Shown here one piece after another: positions 8,459 through 17,813 of a DNA stretch of 64,000 nucleotides (positions are counted from its first letter, which is position 1; each line of letters starts with the position of its first letter). Under the pieces are notes generated by a model. That model worked only from the letters and a program-made list of their open reading frames with translations. It searched no databases and was not told the origin of the DNA. Source of the DNA: an uncultured Gammaproteobacteria bacterium (GTDB taxonomy: Bacteria > Patescibacteriota > Patescibacteriia > Magasanikbacterales > GCA-002688135); the NCBI GenBank assembly GCA_964536205.1, contig CAZHVT010000005.1, positions 24,076 to 88,075 on the forward strand. Direction: 5' to 3'. The position numbers and the translations under genes are program-made.

Positions 8459-9409
8459 ACGCTTCTTCATCCAATTTGAAATCGCGCGTCCAATTTTAAC
8501 TCGAGCTTTTTTCGGAATAAAAAATAATCCAATATCTCGACACACTCGTGCTGTTGCAAACTGTGCGCCTTTTTTCTTTATGTAATATTTCACATCTTTT
8601 GGAAATCCCATTCCTTTCATTTCTTTGTTTAAGAGCGCTGTGTTGTCTGCTGGTTGTGCTCCAGCAATTACATCCATGCCTCCCGGATAGACTGCTTTGG
8701 TTGAGAAGTATGATGGATATAGCCCCAAGCTCTCCAAGGCATTTGCTAACGAACGCGGAGAGAATGTCACAACATGTCCGGATTCGAAATATACTTCTGG
8801 TCGTTTTTTCATGTTTGTTACGTTCGGCACCCCAATGTAGATTTTTCCATTTGATGATAGCATTGATTTTATCACCTTTAATTCCCCAACTGGATCTGTC
8901 ATGTGTTCTAGTGTGTGATGCAGAACAATCATATCGAATTTCTTTTCTGGATTCTCTGATGCATATGTTCTCAAACTTCCAAAATACAAATCTACATCAT
9001 AGAATTTTTTTGCAGCCTCAATTTCAATTCGAGCCAATTCGATTCCTTCTGCTTTGTATCCTCGATCGAGTAAAATACTTACAAGTGTCCCAATCCCACA
9101 CCCCACATCCAATACACTCCCCCCGCCCGGCATATGAGGAATAATTACTTCTGCAATGCGTTTTTTTGTGGGGATTTCTGATGCACTCAATTTGTGTTCA
9201 AAGTGATCGGCGTCTTCGTATCCCTTATTCTTCAAAAAATCTTCTACATGAAATTCCTCAACTTCTGCGATCTGTTTTCTCGGTGTAATAAAAATCAATG
9301 CGCAGGATTCGCAGATGACGTTTGTGAGAGATTTGTTCAAATCGCCGATTTTTGCAACCACCGATCTTTCGGTCGAGGCACATACCGGACATTGTTCACT
9401 ATTTTGCAT
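8456..9409 (-). CDS. Class I SAM methyltransferase with an N-terminal Cys4 zinc ribbon.
   Basis: CPVCAS...CESC zinc ribbon, then VLDVGCGIGT, DMIVLHHTLEHM. It is a paralogue of the 1..894 gene. Confidence 0.7.
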   Translation of the reverse strand: MQNSEQCPVCASTERSVVAKIGDLNKSLTNVICESCALIFITPRKQIAEVEEFHVEDFLKNKGYEDADHFEHKLSASEIPTKKRIAEVIIPHMPGGGSVLDVGCGIGTLVSILLDRGYKAEGIELARIEIEAAKKFYDVDLYFGSLRTYASENPEKKFDMIVLHHTLEHMTDPVGELKVIKSMLSSNGKIYIGVPNVTNMKKRPEVYFESGHVVTFSPRSLANALESLGLYPSYFSTKAVYPGGMDVIAGAQPADNTALLNKEMKGMGFPKDVKYYIKKKGAQFATARVCRDIGLFFIPKKARVKIGRAISNWMKKR

Positions 9410-10535
9410 GTATCCAATTTGTTAATTGTTGTGCGCGTGTTTCCCATGTTTTTCGTTTCACATACGATTGCGCTGTTTGTATTTTTTGTTCTGATGGGTT
9501 TGCAAGCGTTTCCATGATTGTCTGTGCTAATTGTGATGCTTTATCAGGTTCTGAAAATTCTACCATAGATTCATCTACAATATCTCGAATAGCTGGAAGG
9601 TCTGTTGCAACGATTGGTTTTCCTGTTGCCATGTACTCGAATAATTTTAATGGTGATGATTCATACATCCCGATTTGGAATTTGCCGGATGTCGGGATTA
9701 CGAACATGTCAGCACAAGCGACATAGTGTAGCATGTCCGCTCGTTGTTTGAAACCTGTTAATTGTACACGGTCTAATTGCTCGCGATCAATGAAATCTTG
9801 CATCTTTTCCACATCTTCTGGTGTTCCTCCCACCAAAATCACACGTATATTCTGATTGAGAAAGCGAGAGGCTCGAGCGAGTGCGTATACACCCTTCCAT
9901 TCAAATAAGTGGCCTGTGTATACAACGTATTTATATTCTGGCGATAATCCTGTTTCGCGGTATGCGAGAGTTTTTTCTGGAAGCTCCTCAAAAACTTGTG
10001 TGTCTACTCCGTGATGAGCGATTGTCATAGCTGCTTTTTCCAGCCCAAATGTTTCTGAAAGCTGATCTCGTTTCCATGTATTTGTTGCGACGACATACTT
10101 CACTCCACCGAACATTAATTTATTCAAGAGTGTTTTTTTGGGGGCATCATGAACTTCATAGCACCAGTCTGGCACAAACCGACCAATTGCGAATGTTGAG
10201 AATGGATCTCGTGAATATACAATTCCTTTTTTGAGTTTTCCTAGATTGAAAAGTAGGCCGATCGTGAATGAAAGTGTGTTGACCCAATACGCCATTTTGC
10301 GCGGCATCCATTTTATCGGGAAGAGATCAATAACAGGAATTCGTTTGATGGTGAAATTTGGTTTGAGATTGTAATACACAAATGGATCTTCGTTGCTATC
10401 TGTTTTCCGATTTGGAACGTAGAGTGTCACATCATTTTCATTGTTCGCAAAAGCCTGACACATACGCATGATCTGCCATGCATGTGCGCGGTTAGATGGA
10501 AGCCTCATATTCGCTATGTAACTTATCTTTTTCAT
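9399..10535 (-). CDS. GT4 (GT-B fold) glycosyltransferase.
   Basis: E-x7-E motif: SPLKLFEYMATGKPIVATDL. Confidence 0.75.
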   Translation of the reverse strand: MKKISYIANMRLPSNRAHAWQIMRMCQAFANNENDVTLYVPNRKTDSNEDPFVYYNLKPNFTIKRIPVIDLFPIKWMPRKMAYWVNTLSFTIGLLFNLGKLKKGIVYSRDPFSTFAIGRFVPDWCYEVHDAPKKTLLNKLMFGGVKYVVATNTWKRDQLSETFGLEKAAMTIAHHGVDTQVFEELPEKTLAYRETGLSPEYKYVVYTGHLFEWKGVYALARASRFLNQNIRVILVGGTPEDVEKMQDFIDREQLDRVQLTGFKQRADMLHYVACADMFVIPTSGKFQIGMYESSPLKLFEYMATGKPIVATDLPAIRDIVDESMVEFSEPDKASQLAQTIMETLANPSEQKIQTAQSYVKRKTWETRAQQLTNWIHAK

Positions 10536-10560
10536 TTCTTCTAGTTAGTGCTTTTTAATA

Positions 10561-10653
10561 ACTCGTAATGAGTAAAGCGTAATGCGTACTGAGGGAAGCC
10601 TCCGGCTTTGTCGCCTTCGGCGACCGCTTTACGTGTTACGCTTTACTCGTTAC
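10561..10653. repeat. Family B intergenic element. Imperfect arms ACTCGTAATGAGTAAAGCGTAATGCGTAC / CGCTTTACGTGTTACGCTTTACTCGTTACTCA flank two GC hairpins (AAGCC-TCC-GGCTT and GTCGCC-TTC-GGCGAC). A T7 run follows on the plus strand.
   Basis: Direct reading. The right arm overlaps the stop codon of 10654..11274. Confidence 0.8.
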
Positions 10654-11274
10654 TCATTTTTTTAGCTTAAAAAAATGCTTAGTTGGTACGTCTGCCGGAA
10701 CCATATCTGACTCAATGGTGAATCCAGCATCTTCTAAATCTTTTCTTACTTTTTTCAGTGAGTGTCCTCGCTTCCCGATTTCCCAGTAATGTTGTCCATC
10801 GAATTCATGGATTTTTCCTGATGGGATTTTTACAAACAAATCTTTCCATCCAACTTTTGGAATGTGGAATCCAGCCTTGAATAGTGTTTTGCGAGAATCT
10901 GGAACTGAAATCATCGCACCCTTCGCGCACACTCTGTGAATTTCTCGCATGGCTTGTTTAGCATCTTCGTATGGAAGATGTTCGATTATTTGTCCCGCCA
11001 AAACTACATCATATGTATTGTCACCTGCTGGGATATCTGTAACTGATCCGAGGATATCTGGTTTCAATTCTTCATCAATATCAATTGTTGTGACGTGCAC
11101 TCCTTGTCTTACTAAATAGTTTCTCACAAGTGCGTTTCCCAATCCAACCTCAAGTACGGTTTCAGGTTTGAAACTCATCACCAATTGAATTTGATACCAA
11201 TACGACAACCACCGAGCTTTGTGGTCATATTTCATGTTATAGTGGCTTTTTGATACTTGAACCTGCTCTTGCAT
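10654..11274 (-). CDS. Class I SAM-dependent methyltransferase.
   Basis: Gly-rich SAM motif LEVGLGNALV, an acidic post-I motif (TTIDIDEEL) and GQIIEHLP. Confidence 0.65.
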   Translation of the reverse strand: MQEQVQVSKSHYNMKYDHKARWLSYWYQIQLVMSFKPETVLEVGLGNALVRNYLVRQGVHVTTIDIDEELKPDILGSVTDIPAGDNTYDVVLAGQIIEHLPYEDAKQAMREIHRVCAKGAMISVPDSRKTLFKAGFHIPKVGWKDLFVKIPSGKIHEFDGQHYWEIGKRGHSLKKVRKDLEDAGFTIESDMVPADVPTKHFFKLKK

Positions 11275-11314
11275 AATTTAGAGATTATATGCGCATTGTC
11301 TCATATTGTCAATC

Positions 11315-11378
11315 AAAAAAACCGCACTAGATTGAGCGGTTTTTGGAAAAGAAAAAGCCGAACCACGTAGGTTCGGCC
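11315..11378 (-). terminator. Two tandem rho-independent terminators downstream of the 11437..11970 gene. The distal one is bidirectional.
   Basis: On the minus strand: GCCGAACC-tacgt-GGTTCGGC followed by TTTTTCTTTT, then AACCGC-tcaatctagt-GCGGTT followed by TTTTTTT. Confidence 0.7.
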
Positions 11379-11436
11379 CCATTCCGATTGACGCCACATT
11401 GAAGTGTTCGTAATGGGAATGTAGAACAGGAGATAT

Positions 11437-11970
11437 TTAGCCAGCCATCACGCGGGTCGACCAGTGGACGATCGCGAGTGCGAATTCCTCGGCGGTGTAA
11501 TCCGCTTTGGTGCCACCTTCCAACTCGAGGAAGTTGCGTGCCATGGCCATCGGAGTCATTGGTTCTTCACCCTCGACCGCGCATGCACGGATCATGACCA
11601 ACTCGTAGTCCGCATCGTCGGTTGTGGCGTCTTTACCCAGGGATTCGCGTGAGTAAATGATCAGGTCGACTTGCTTTGCCGCTGCTTTCGTTGCTCCGAC
11701 CGCAACAGTTTGCAAGTGAGAAGCCTCTCCCTCTCTGCGTGGCTCGAAGGTTGTCTTCAGCTCCGTTTCTGACGTTACTTCGACGACCCCGCAGAAGAAG
11801 CCTTCCGGGAGCACTGAGATCAAGAACGATCCTGGCTTATCGCCCGGCCTGGCCTTGTCAAAATTCTCGTTAATCATCAAAAGTAGATGATTCATGTCTC
11901 CTTCGTAGTGCGAGAATTTGGAGTCGGCCGTTTGACGGCGTACAAAATCGTTGAGTGCAATTTCAATCAC
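11437..11970 (-). CDS. Hypothetical cytoplasmic protein with a GTG start. It is a high-GC compositional outlier.
   Basis: 177-aa ORF with markedly higher GC and GC3 (gcc atc acg cgg gtc gac...) than all neighbouring genes. A strong SD sits 6 nt before the GTG, unlike the neighbouring genes. Twin terminators follow. No recognisable family. Confidence 0.45.
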   Translation of the reverse strand: MIEIALNDFVRRQTADSKFSHYEGDMNHLLLMINENFDKARPGDKPGSFLISVLPEGFFCGVVEVTSETELKTTFEPRREGEASHLQTVAVGATKAAAKQVDLIIYSRESLGKDATTDDADYELVMIRACAVEGEEPMTPMAMARNFLELEGGTKADYTAEEFALAIVHWSTRVMAG

Positions 11971-12131
11971 TGGAAGCTCCTTCGGGGAAAATTCAATGAA
12001 AAACTATGGTGCAATAGTATCATAAATATCCCTTTTTGTCAACCCTCTCGACCGCTTAAATAACGGAAATTTGTGAATTTGTCTCTATTTAGATGAATAA
12101 AACTGTAAGACTATTTACAACTATTATTACC

Positions 12132-12908
12132 CTAAATAAAGCGTTTTCCTTGTTTTTTGAGCCATTTGTTGTCGTTGCGGGTTGGGAGTGAGAAGTAGGA
12201 TTGTTCGCGATTTGGGTATTTTGGATAGGGTCCTTTTGTCTGTACAAGATCCAGAGCATCCCACATCATTTTGGGGAAATCTTTGTAAACTTGTGTGTAC
12301 GCATCTGCAACTGTTTCAAAATTTTGTTTGTAGATATGCTGGAGGATCATGGTTCCCTTGTCGATTTCTTTGTCCATGAAATGAATGGTCACACCTACTT
12401 TTTGCTTGCCTTCAAGTAGTGTCCAGAAAACTGGCATCAATCCTCTGTATGATGGCAGTGGTCCGGCGTGTTTATTTATGACGCCGATTTTCGGCGCGTC
12501 CAGAATTTTCTTTTTGAAAATGTAACCGCATGTTGAGAGGATGATGTCTGCGTCGAGCTCTTTTATGCGATTAATGACTTGTTGCTTATTTGGATTTGAG
12601 TGTTTTTCAAATGCTGCGGAATGTCGATGTGCGAGATCTTTGTATGAATGTGGGCCGTCTGTGAAATATCTTTTGAATGTTGCGACGGTTGTGATCCAAA
12701 TTAATTTTAGAACTGTGAAAATTCCAAATGTTTTGAGATAGTAGAGCGGAACTTTCAGCCCCTTGTGTTTTCCAAGCAGATTTGGAAACACAAAAATTCC
12801 AACTACGTGATAGTTTTCTTCTGAATCTAAAAATTTCTTCCATGCGGGGAATAGAAATGCGTAGTCTTGTTCAGTGAAGATGACGACTTTTAATTTATCC
12901 TTGGGCAT
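12132..12908 (-). CDS. Formyltransferase-domain protein; likely a sugar N-formyltransferase.
   Basis: Formyl_trans_N signature ...INKHAGPLPSYRGLMP... with conserved Asn, His and Asp. It is the ArnA-N, Fmt or WbtJ-like catalytic domain in a glycan cluster. Confidence 0.6.
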   Translation of the reverse strand: MPKDKLKVVIFTEQDYAFLFPAWKKFLDSEENYHVVGIFVFPNLLGKHKGLKVPLYYLKTFGIFTVLKLIWITTVATFKRYFTDGPHSYKDLAHRHSAAFEKHSNPNKQQVINRIKELDADIILSTCGYIFKKKILDAPKIGVINKHAGPLPSYRGLMPVFWTLLEGKQKVGVTIHFMDKEIDKGTMILQHIYKQNFETVADAYTQVYKDFPKMMWDALDLVQTKGPYPKYPNREQSYFSLPTRNDNKWLKKQGKRFI

Positions 12909-13854
12909 ACTTTTTTTCTTTGAGAATATCTTCGGCTACCTCGCGGACAGTTGTCAATTTTGCGTTTGCAGACATTGTTTTGATCACTGATTCGAATAAG
13001 TACATTTTCTTTTCGAGCGAGTCTGACATGCGCTCAAAAACTGCGAGTTCATCTTTGTATTCTTTTACAATTTCAGGATCGAAATCTTCTTCGTAATTTG
13101 CAATATCTGCAGGATGCATGATGTAGTAGAATCCGTCTTTTTTCATTACTTGTTTTAACGCCCAGAGATGGAATTTGAGAGGCCACATAAACGCCATAGT
13201 GTGCCAGACAGGAAGTCGTAGAGGCGTGACTGTTGGAACGGGCAACATAAGCAATCCCTCTGAATTTGGTTTGTGTAATTTTTCTGGTCGAATTAAGTAT
13301 GGTTTTCTTGTCCCATATAACAATACCCTCTTGTCATTTCGTGACATGAAGTTTGCATCGAATTTCTGATCTGTGCGTGAATTGAATTTCAGTTTTGCAA
13401 TTGCAGCTAACATTATTGGCGATGGAAATGCTGAAGTGTCATAGATGTATCCTAGATCAAGCAATGTTTGAATGGATGTTGGACTCATGCTCCATGTTGG
13501 AGAAATGTATCCTTTTGGTTCTTCTCCGATCACTTGGGTGATTCGCTCATGAGTTTTCATTATTTCATCTTTTTGTTTTTGCGGTTCTGTTGCGCCGAGA
13601 TTTCCATGATGCGTCCATGAATGATTTCCGATTTCATGTCCTGCTTCATGCCATTTTTTCACTTGATCGGCAACTTTTTCATTTTCCAAATCTCTCCCAA
13701 TCACATAAATAGAAAATTTGAAATCGTATTTTTCTGACATCCTAAAGAACCGATCTGCAACTTTAAAAAAAGTCGGATCTAAATTTCTCTTCCGATCAAT
13801 TGAAAGCGGAAAGTATAGTGAGTCAAAATTTACATTGAGTGCAACCTTCTTCAT
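12895..13854 (-). CDS. Polysaccharide deacetylase (CE4/NodB homology domain). The preferred ATG at 13854 overlaps the upstream TGA stop as ATGA.
   Basis: NodB motifs, including GHEIGNHSWTHH. Confidence 0.7.
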   Translation of the reverse strand: MKKVALNVNFDSLYFPLSIDRKRNLDPTFFKVADRFFRMSEKYDFKFSIYVIGRDLENEKVADQVKKWHEAGHEIGNHSWTHHGNLGATEPQKQKDEIMKTHERITQVIGEEPKGYISPTWSMSPTSIQTLLDLGYIYDTSAFPSPIMLAAIAKLKFNSRTDQKFDANFMSRNDKRVLLYGTRKPYLIRPEKLHKPNSEGLLMLPVPTVTPLRLPVWHTMAFMWPLKFHLWALKQVMKKDGFYYIMHPADIANYEEDFDPEIVKEYKDELAVFERMSDSLEKKMYLFESVIKTMSANAKLTTVREVAEDILKEKKYAQG

Positions 13855-16355
13855 ATAATTTTGTAGATGTCTACTTGTCCTTCGCTGTACACGCGCTCGA
13901 TGTTCTCCCATTCATCTGGATTGAAATTTCCCAGGAATTTTTCGTGTGGGCCGTTGTAGATGTAATTCGCTTGGTACGGAAGTTTTACAGAACCAGAAAG
14001 TTTTATCGCATCGTAACTATCTCGAATTTGCTGTGCTTCTTTTTCTGGAAGTGTGCGCTCGCTTCCGGAGTTTGTGTAATCTTTTCCGTAGCGCGTTCGC
14101 AATGTATCACAAAACAATGTGTAGATATTGTCGAGATCAATGGCACGGACTGGATTTTCAAATTCGTCGTATGAACCTGTGAGTGTGTTGTCTGTCATGT
14201 CTTGTGATACTCGGAAAAGGTGTCGTGCGTAGTTGTATCGCTCAATTACTTCATCATGACCTGCAACTGTGTAACATGCAAGTGGAACATATACATTCGC
14301 ATGAGTGAAAAACGGTGTATAAGTGCTTGTGCGTGTTGATGGTGAAATAATCACACTATCCTTATCTACATTCTCATTCATCCATGCAAATGAATTTTGT
14401 ATGTCTTGTGGGATGACGTAGCGAGCGGCGTTTGTGCGGCGCTCGTTGAGATGTACGTGAAACGCACTTCCCAGCAACAATATAATAACCGCCAGCATGG
14501 TAAGTCGTTCCGCTTTTTTCCAATCTCGATTCGGTTTAATTTTGTGATAGATGAAATATGCAACTATTCCAATCACCCACACCAACATATAGACATTCAC
14601 GCGTGATCCCCAATGGTCCGGTTGTGGGTTAAATCCAAGCAGCAACTGAAGATTTAGTACGATACCAATTGGAAGTAATGCTCCGGCCAGAAAAATAACT
14701 TTGTCTTTTTGTTTTATTGTCCACGCAGCTAGAGCGATTATAATCAGTGTTGCGATAATTGTTTTTGCTGAGGCTGGGTCGAACTCTCTTCCAAAAACTA
14801 ATCCCACTCGTTCTGACATCGAGGCATAATATGATTGTGCTTGCAGTCCGTACGTTTTGAGAAGATATGGGATTGCAACTATTAATCCTATGACTCCCAC
14901 GAGAAATGTCTCTTTTGCTCGCTTTCTGAAAAATAGAAATGTAGTGATGAGTATTGTTGTGAATGCTGCAAAAACTGCGTAGTAGAAATATACGTAGAAT
15001 AATGCACCGAGTAATAACCCTGCTTTCGTGATGTCTTTTTGCTTCATGTCTACGACAACGCGGTACAAAAAGTACATGAAGGCAAACCACAGAATTATTC
15101 CTGGCGAAGGAATGAAGCTTCTCGTGAATGCTGGGTCAAATGCTGTTGCGACGAATTTGAATGGATGGAAAAGTGATGGATTTGAAATTGCAGCCCGAAT
15201 TGCAATTAGTATGTTTGGAAATATTGTGGTGACAAGCGCAAGCAGTACAGCAGGGGTTTGTCGTTTATCACATATGCGGTATGTCAGTTTGTAGAGCATG
15301 AGAAATGCAAGGGGTGGAAAGATGATAGAATACAACAGAAATAGGTTTGTTGGGTCTGTGATACCGAAAATCAGTCCTGGCAATCCAAGAATGAATGCAA
15401 GTGCGATATTGCCCCATGCGGTTTTGTTGTTTTTGTATTCAGCGAGATATGCGTCCCCGTCTGCGAGATGGCCGTCGAAAACTTCGCGCATGCGTGTGCC
15501 ATAGGCTGCGACGTCATCTAGAACTGGTACATTAAGAGAGTATGGATGATATCCTTCGATTCCTGCTTGGGCTTGCCATTGCGGGATGAGGAAGTGTGGA
15601 AGTGCGTAGAGCGCAAGGATTGCAAGTGCTACGATCCATGCTAATTTATCTTTTTTTTTAGACTTTAATCGCCATCCAAACACTCGTGAAAGTAATTTTA
15701 CGTGACGAGGAATTTCTTTTTTGTAGTTGAGTTTTGATGATCCGAATTCTCTATTTCCGATTGGTGTGGGGATTTCCACATAGCGTGATCCATCAAAATG
15801 CATTTTAAAAAACAATTCTGTTGGGGTGTCGAAACTTGTTGTTTCGAGTTTTACTCGTTTTGCAGCTTCTGCATCCATGATTCTGAAAATAGAACTGATC
15901 CCATGTACGCGGGTTCCAGCTGCAAGTGAGTATGCGAGATTTGCAGCTTTACTCACTCCTACGCGCCATTTCGGAATATCATCTGCATAGCCCGCTAATC
16001 CATGTGAACCAATCACCGCCTCCACATCACCCTGCTCATAGCGCTCCTTCAAATCACGGATGTATTTAGGATGGAATGTCATGTCAGAATCTAACAGCAC
16101 AATTTGATCTCCTTGCGCGTGTGCTATTCCTGTTCGTATAGCAGCACCTAATCCACCATTTTTCGCATGCTGAACCACACGAAGATTTTCTACATCACTT
16201 GCATATAGTCGTGCTTGGGTTTCATCTGTACTTCCATCATCAATCACCACAACCTCATAATCAAGATCCAGAGCTTTGAGCTCTGGTTCTAAAATCGTCT
16301 TTAAACCTGGGATATTGTCTTCTTCGTTGTAACAAGGAATGACAATACTGATCAT
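13851..16355 (-). CDS. Fusion protein: an N-terminal GT2 (ArnC/GtrB/DPM1-like polyprenyl-P-sugar synthase) and a C-terminal GT-C-like polytopic membrane domain. The preferred start is MISIVIPCYNEE at 16355, which overlaps the methyltransferase stop as ATGA.
   Basis: ISIVIPCYNEE...VVIDDGSTDET...LDSDM, then more than 12 TM helices. The C-terminal soluble domain is paralogous to that of 6538..8385. Confidence 0.65.
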   Translation of the reverse strand: MISIVIPCYNEEDNIPGLKTILEPELKALDLDYEVVVIDDGSTDETQARLYASDVENLRVVQHAKNGGLGAAIRTGIAHAQGDQIVLLDSDMTFHPKYIRDLKERYEQGDVEAVIGSHGLAGYADDIPKWRVGVSKAANLAYSLAAGTRVHGISSIFRIMDAEAAKRVKLETTSFDTPTELFFKMHFDGSRYVEIPTPIGNREFGSSKLNYKKEIPRHVKLLSRVFGWRLKSKKKDKLAWIVALAILALYALPHFLIPQWQAQAGIEGYHPYSLNVPVLDDVAAYGTRMREVFDGHLADGDAYLAEYKNNKTAWGNIALAFILGLPGLIFGITDPTNLFLLYSIIFPPLAFLMLYKLTYRICDKRQTPAVLLALVTTIFPNILIAIRAAISNPSLFHPFKFVATAFDPAFTRSFIPSPGIILWFAFMYFLYRVVVDMKQKDITKAGLLLGALFYVYFYYAVFAAFTTILITTFLFFRKRAKETFLVGVIGLIVAIPYLLKTYGLQAQSYYASMSERVGLVFGREFDPASAKTIIATLIIIALAAWTIKQKDKVIFLAGALLPIGIVLNLQLLLGFNPQPDHWGSRVNVYMLVWVIGIVAYFIYHKIKPNRDWKKAERLTMLAVIILLLGSAFHVHLNERRTNAARYVIPQDIQNSFAWMNENVDKDSVIISPSTRTSTYTPFFTHANVYVPLACYTVAGHDEVIERYNYARHLFRVSQDMTDNTLTGSYDEFENPVRAIDLDNIYTLFCDTLRTRYGKDYTNSGSERTLPEKEAQQIRDSYDAIKLSGSVKLPYQANYIYNGPHEKFLGNFNPDEWENIERVYSEGQVDIYKII

Positions 16356-17029
16356 ACGTTCTTTGCTTTTACAATGAGACATGTTGTCCCATGCGATCGT
16401 TTAAATTCATCGATTGCAAAACCTGCTTTTTCTAAATCTGCGATGAGTGTTTTTTTATTGTAATCGCGCAAATGCGCTTCCTCCCAAACTTTTCCTTTTG
16501 TCTTCAACCACAACCACCAAATTACTTGAAATACTACATGATGTTCTTCGACAACAAATACAATGAAACTTCCGCCGGGCTTGAGGACGCGTTTTACCTC
16601 AGAGAGTGTTTTTTCTAAATCCACGACATGCTCGATGACATCCAACATGGTTACAGCATCAAAAGAGTTTTCTTCAAATGGAAGTGCTTCTGCTGGAGCA
16701 TGCGCAAACGTAAATTGTGGACGTTCTCGTTTCGCGTATGCAATGTGATGTTCCGCAACATCTGCGCCAGCATAGTGAATGTCTGGACGAGCTTTTGCGT
16801 AATGGCCCAAGGAAAATCCTGATGAACATCCTACATCCAAAACTTTTCCTGCTTCTGGCACATCTGCAAGCATGCGATTCACATGCTTGAAACGCATATC
16901 GTAATACAATTTTTGTACTCGATTATTTGCATATGAATCATCCCAGTATGTAGCTGGAACTTGTTCGTAGATTTCTTCGAGTTGTTCTTTTGTGTATGTG
17001 TGTTCGTGTTCTCCCATATTTTTACGCAA
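16352..17029 (-). CDS. Class I SAM-dependent methyltransferase.
   Basis: VLDVGCSSGF..., DAVTMLDVIEHV. Confidence 0.65.
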   Translation of the reverse strand: MRKNMGEHEHTYTKEQLEEIYEQVPATYWDDSYANNRVQKLYYDMRFKHVNRMLADVPEAGKVLDVGCSSGFSLGHYAKARPDIHYAGADVAEHHIAYAKRERPQFTFAHAPAEALPFEENSFDAVTMLDVIEHVVDLEKTLSEVKRVLKPGGSFIVFVVEEHHVVFQVIWWLWLKTKGKVWEEAHLRDYNKKTLIADLEKAGFAIDEFKRSHGTTCLIVKAKNV

Positions 17030-17735
17030 GGGTTTTTTCTTTAGCGACCATCAATTGTTCTTTTTCAAATCTGATAAGATCTGCATGTCTATCACCTTTC
17101 TTATAGACGCCGCGGCGAAGATATTGTGTTGGGCCAACCCATGCATCTTTTTGGATGAACATTCCTGGCTCGAGAACTGCATTACATCCTACTTTTACAT
17201 CGTCCCCTAGAATTGCTCCGAATTTTGTCATTCCTGTCGTCGTGTTTCCTGCAGGAACTTCTTTTGCATCCAATCTGAAGTTTGCCAAAATTACACCTGC
17301 TCCAATATTTGATCGCGCACCCATGATACAATCACCGATAAAATTAAAGTGCGGCGCACATGCGTAATCAAGCATGATGGTGTTTTTTGCTTCCGTACAA
17401 TGTCCGATGATTGATCGCTCCCCGAGAATTGTAAGACCTCGAATGTATGCACCTGTTCCCACAATTGCTCGTGGTCCGATGTAACATGGCCCTTCAATGT
17501 ATGCAGTTGGTTCAATCTTCGCGTCTTTCGCGATGATTACATCTCCTTTGATAATTGCTTGATCAGAAATGTTTCCTTGGTGCCATTGATCTTTTGGGGT
17601 TTCAGAAAAAAGTTTTTCTAAGTATTTTTCCGAGTTGTTAAAAGCTTCCCACACAAATTCTGTTCCTTCGAATAGTTCTTTGTGCATGTAGTTTGAGAGG
17701 TCGAAGTATTGTGATGCTGCGAATTCGTTTGTCAT
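17022..17735 (-). CDS. Left-handed beta-helix (hexapeptide repeat) acyltransferase; likely a sugar N-acetyl/acyltransferase.
   Basis: Multiple [LIV]GxxxxI hexapeptide turns: IGPRAIVGTGAYIRG, IGDCIMGARSNIGAGVIL. Confidence 0.6.
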   Translation of the reverse strand: MTNEFAASQYFDLSNYMHKELFEGTEFVWEAFNNSEKYLEKLFSETPKDQWHQGNISDQAIIKGDVIIAKDAKIEPTAYIEGPCYIGPRAIVGTGAYIRGLTILGERSIIGHCTEAKNTIMLDYACAPHFNFIGDCIMGARSNIGAGVILANFRLDAKEVPAGNTTTGMTKFGAILGDDVKVGCNAVLEPGMFIQKDAWVGPTQYLRRGVYKKGDRHADLIRFEKEQLMVAKEKTLA

Positions 17736-17813
17736 AATGTGTTTATTAACTTCGTGGAATTACGATTTTAGTAACGCTCACGTCGCTTACGCGACTTTGA
17801 GCAGCTGTGCTAT

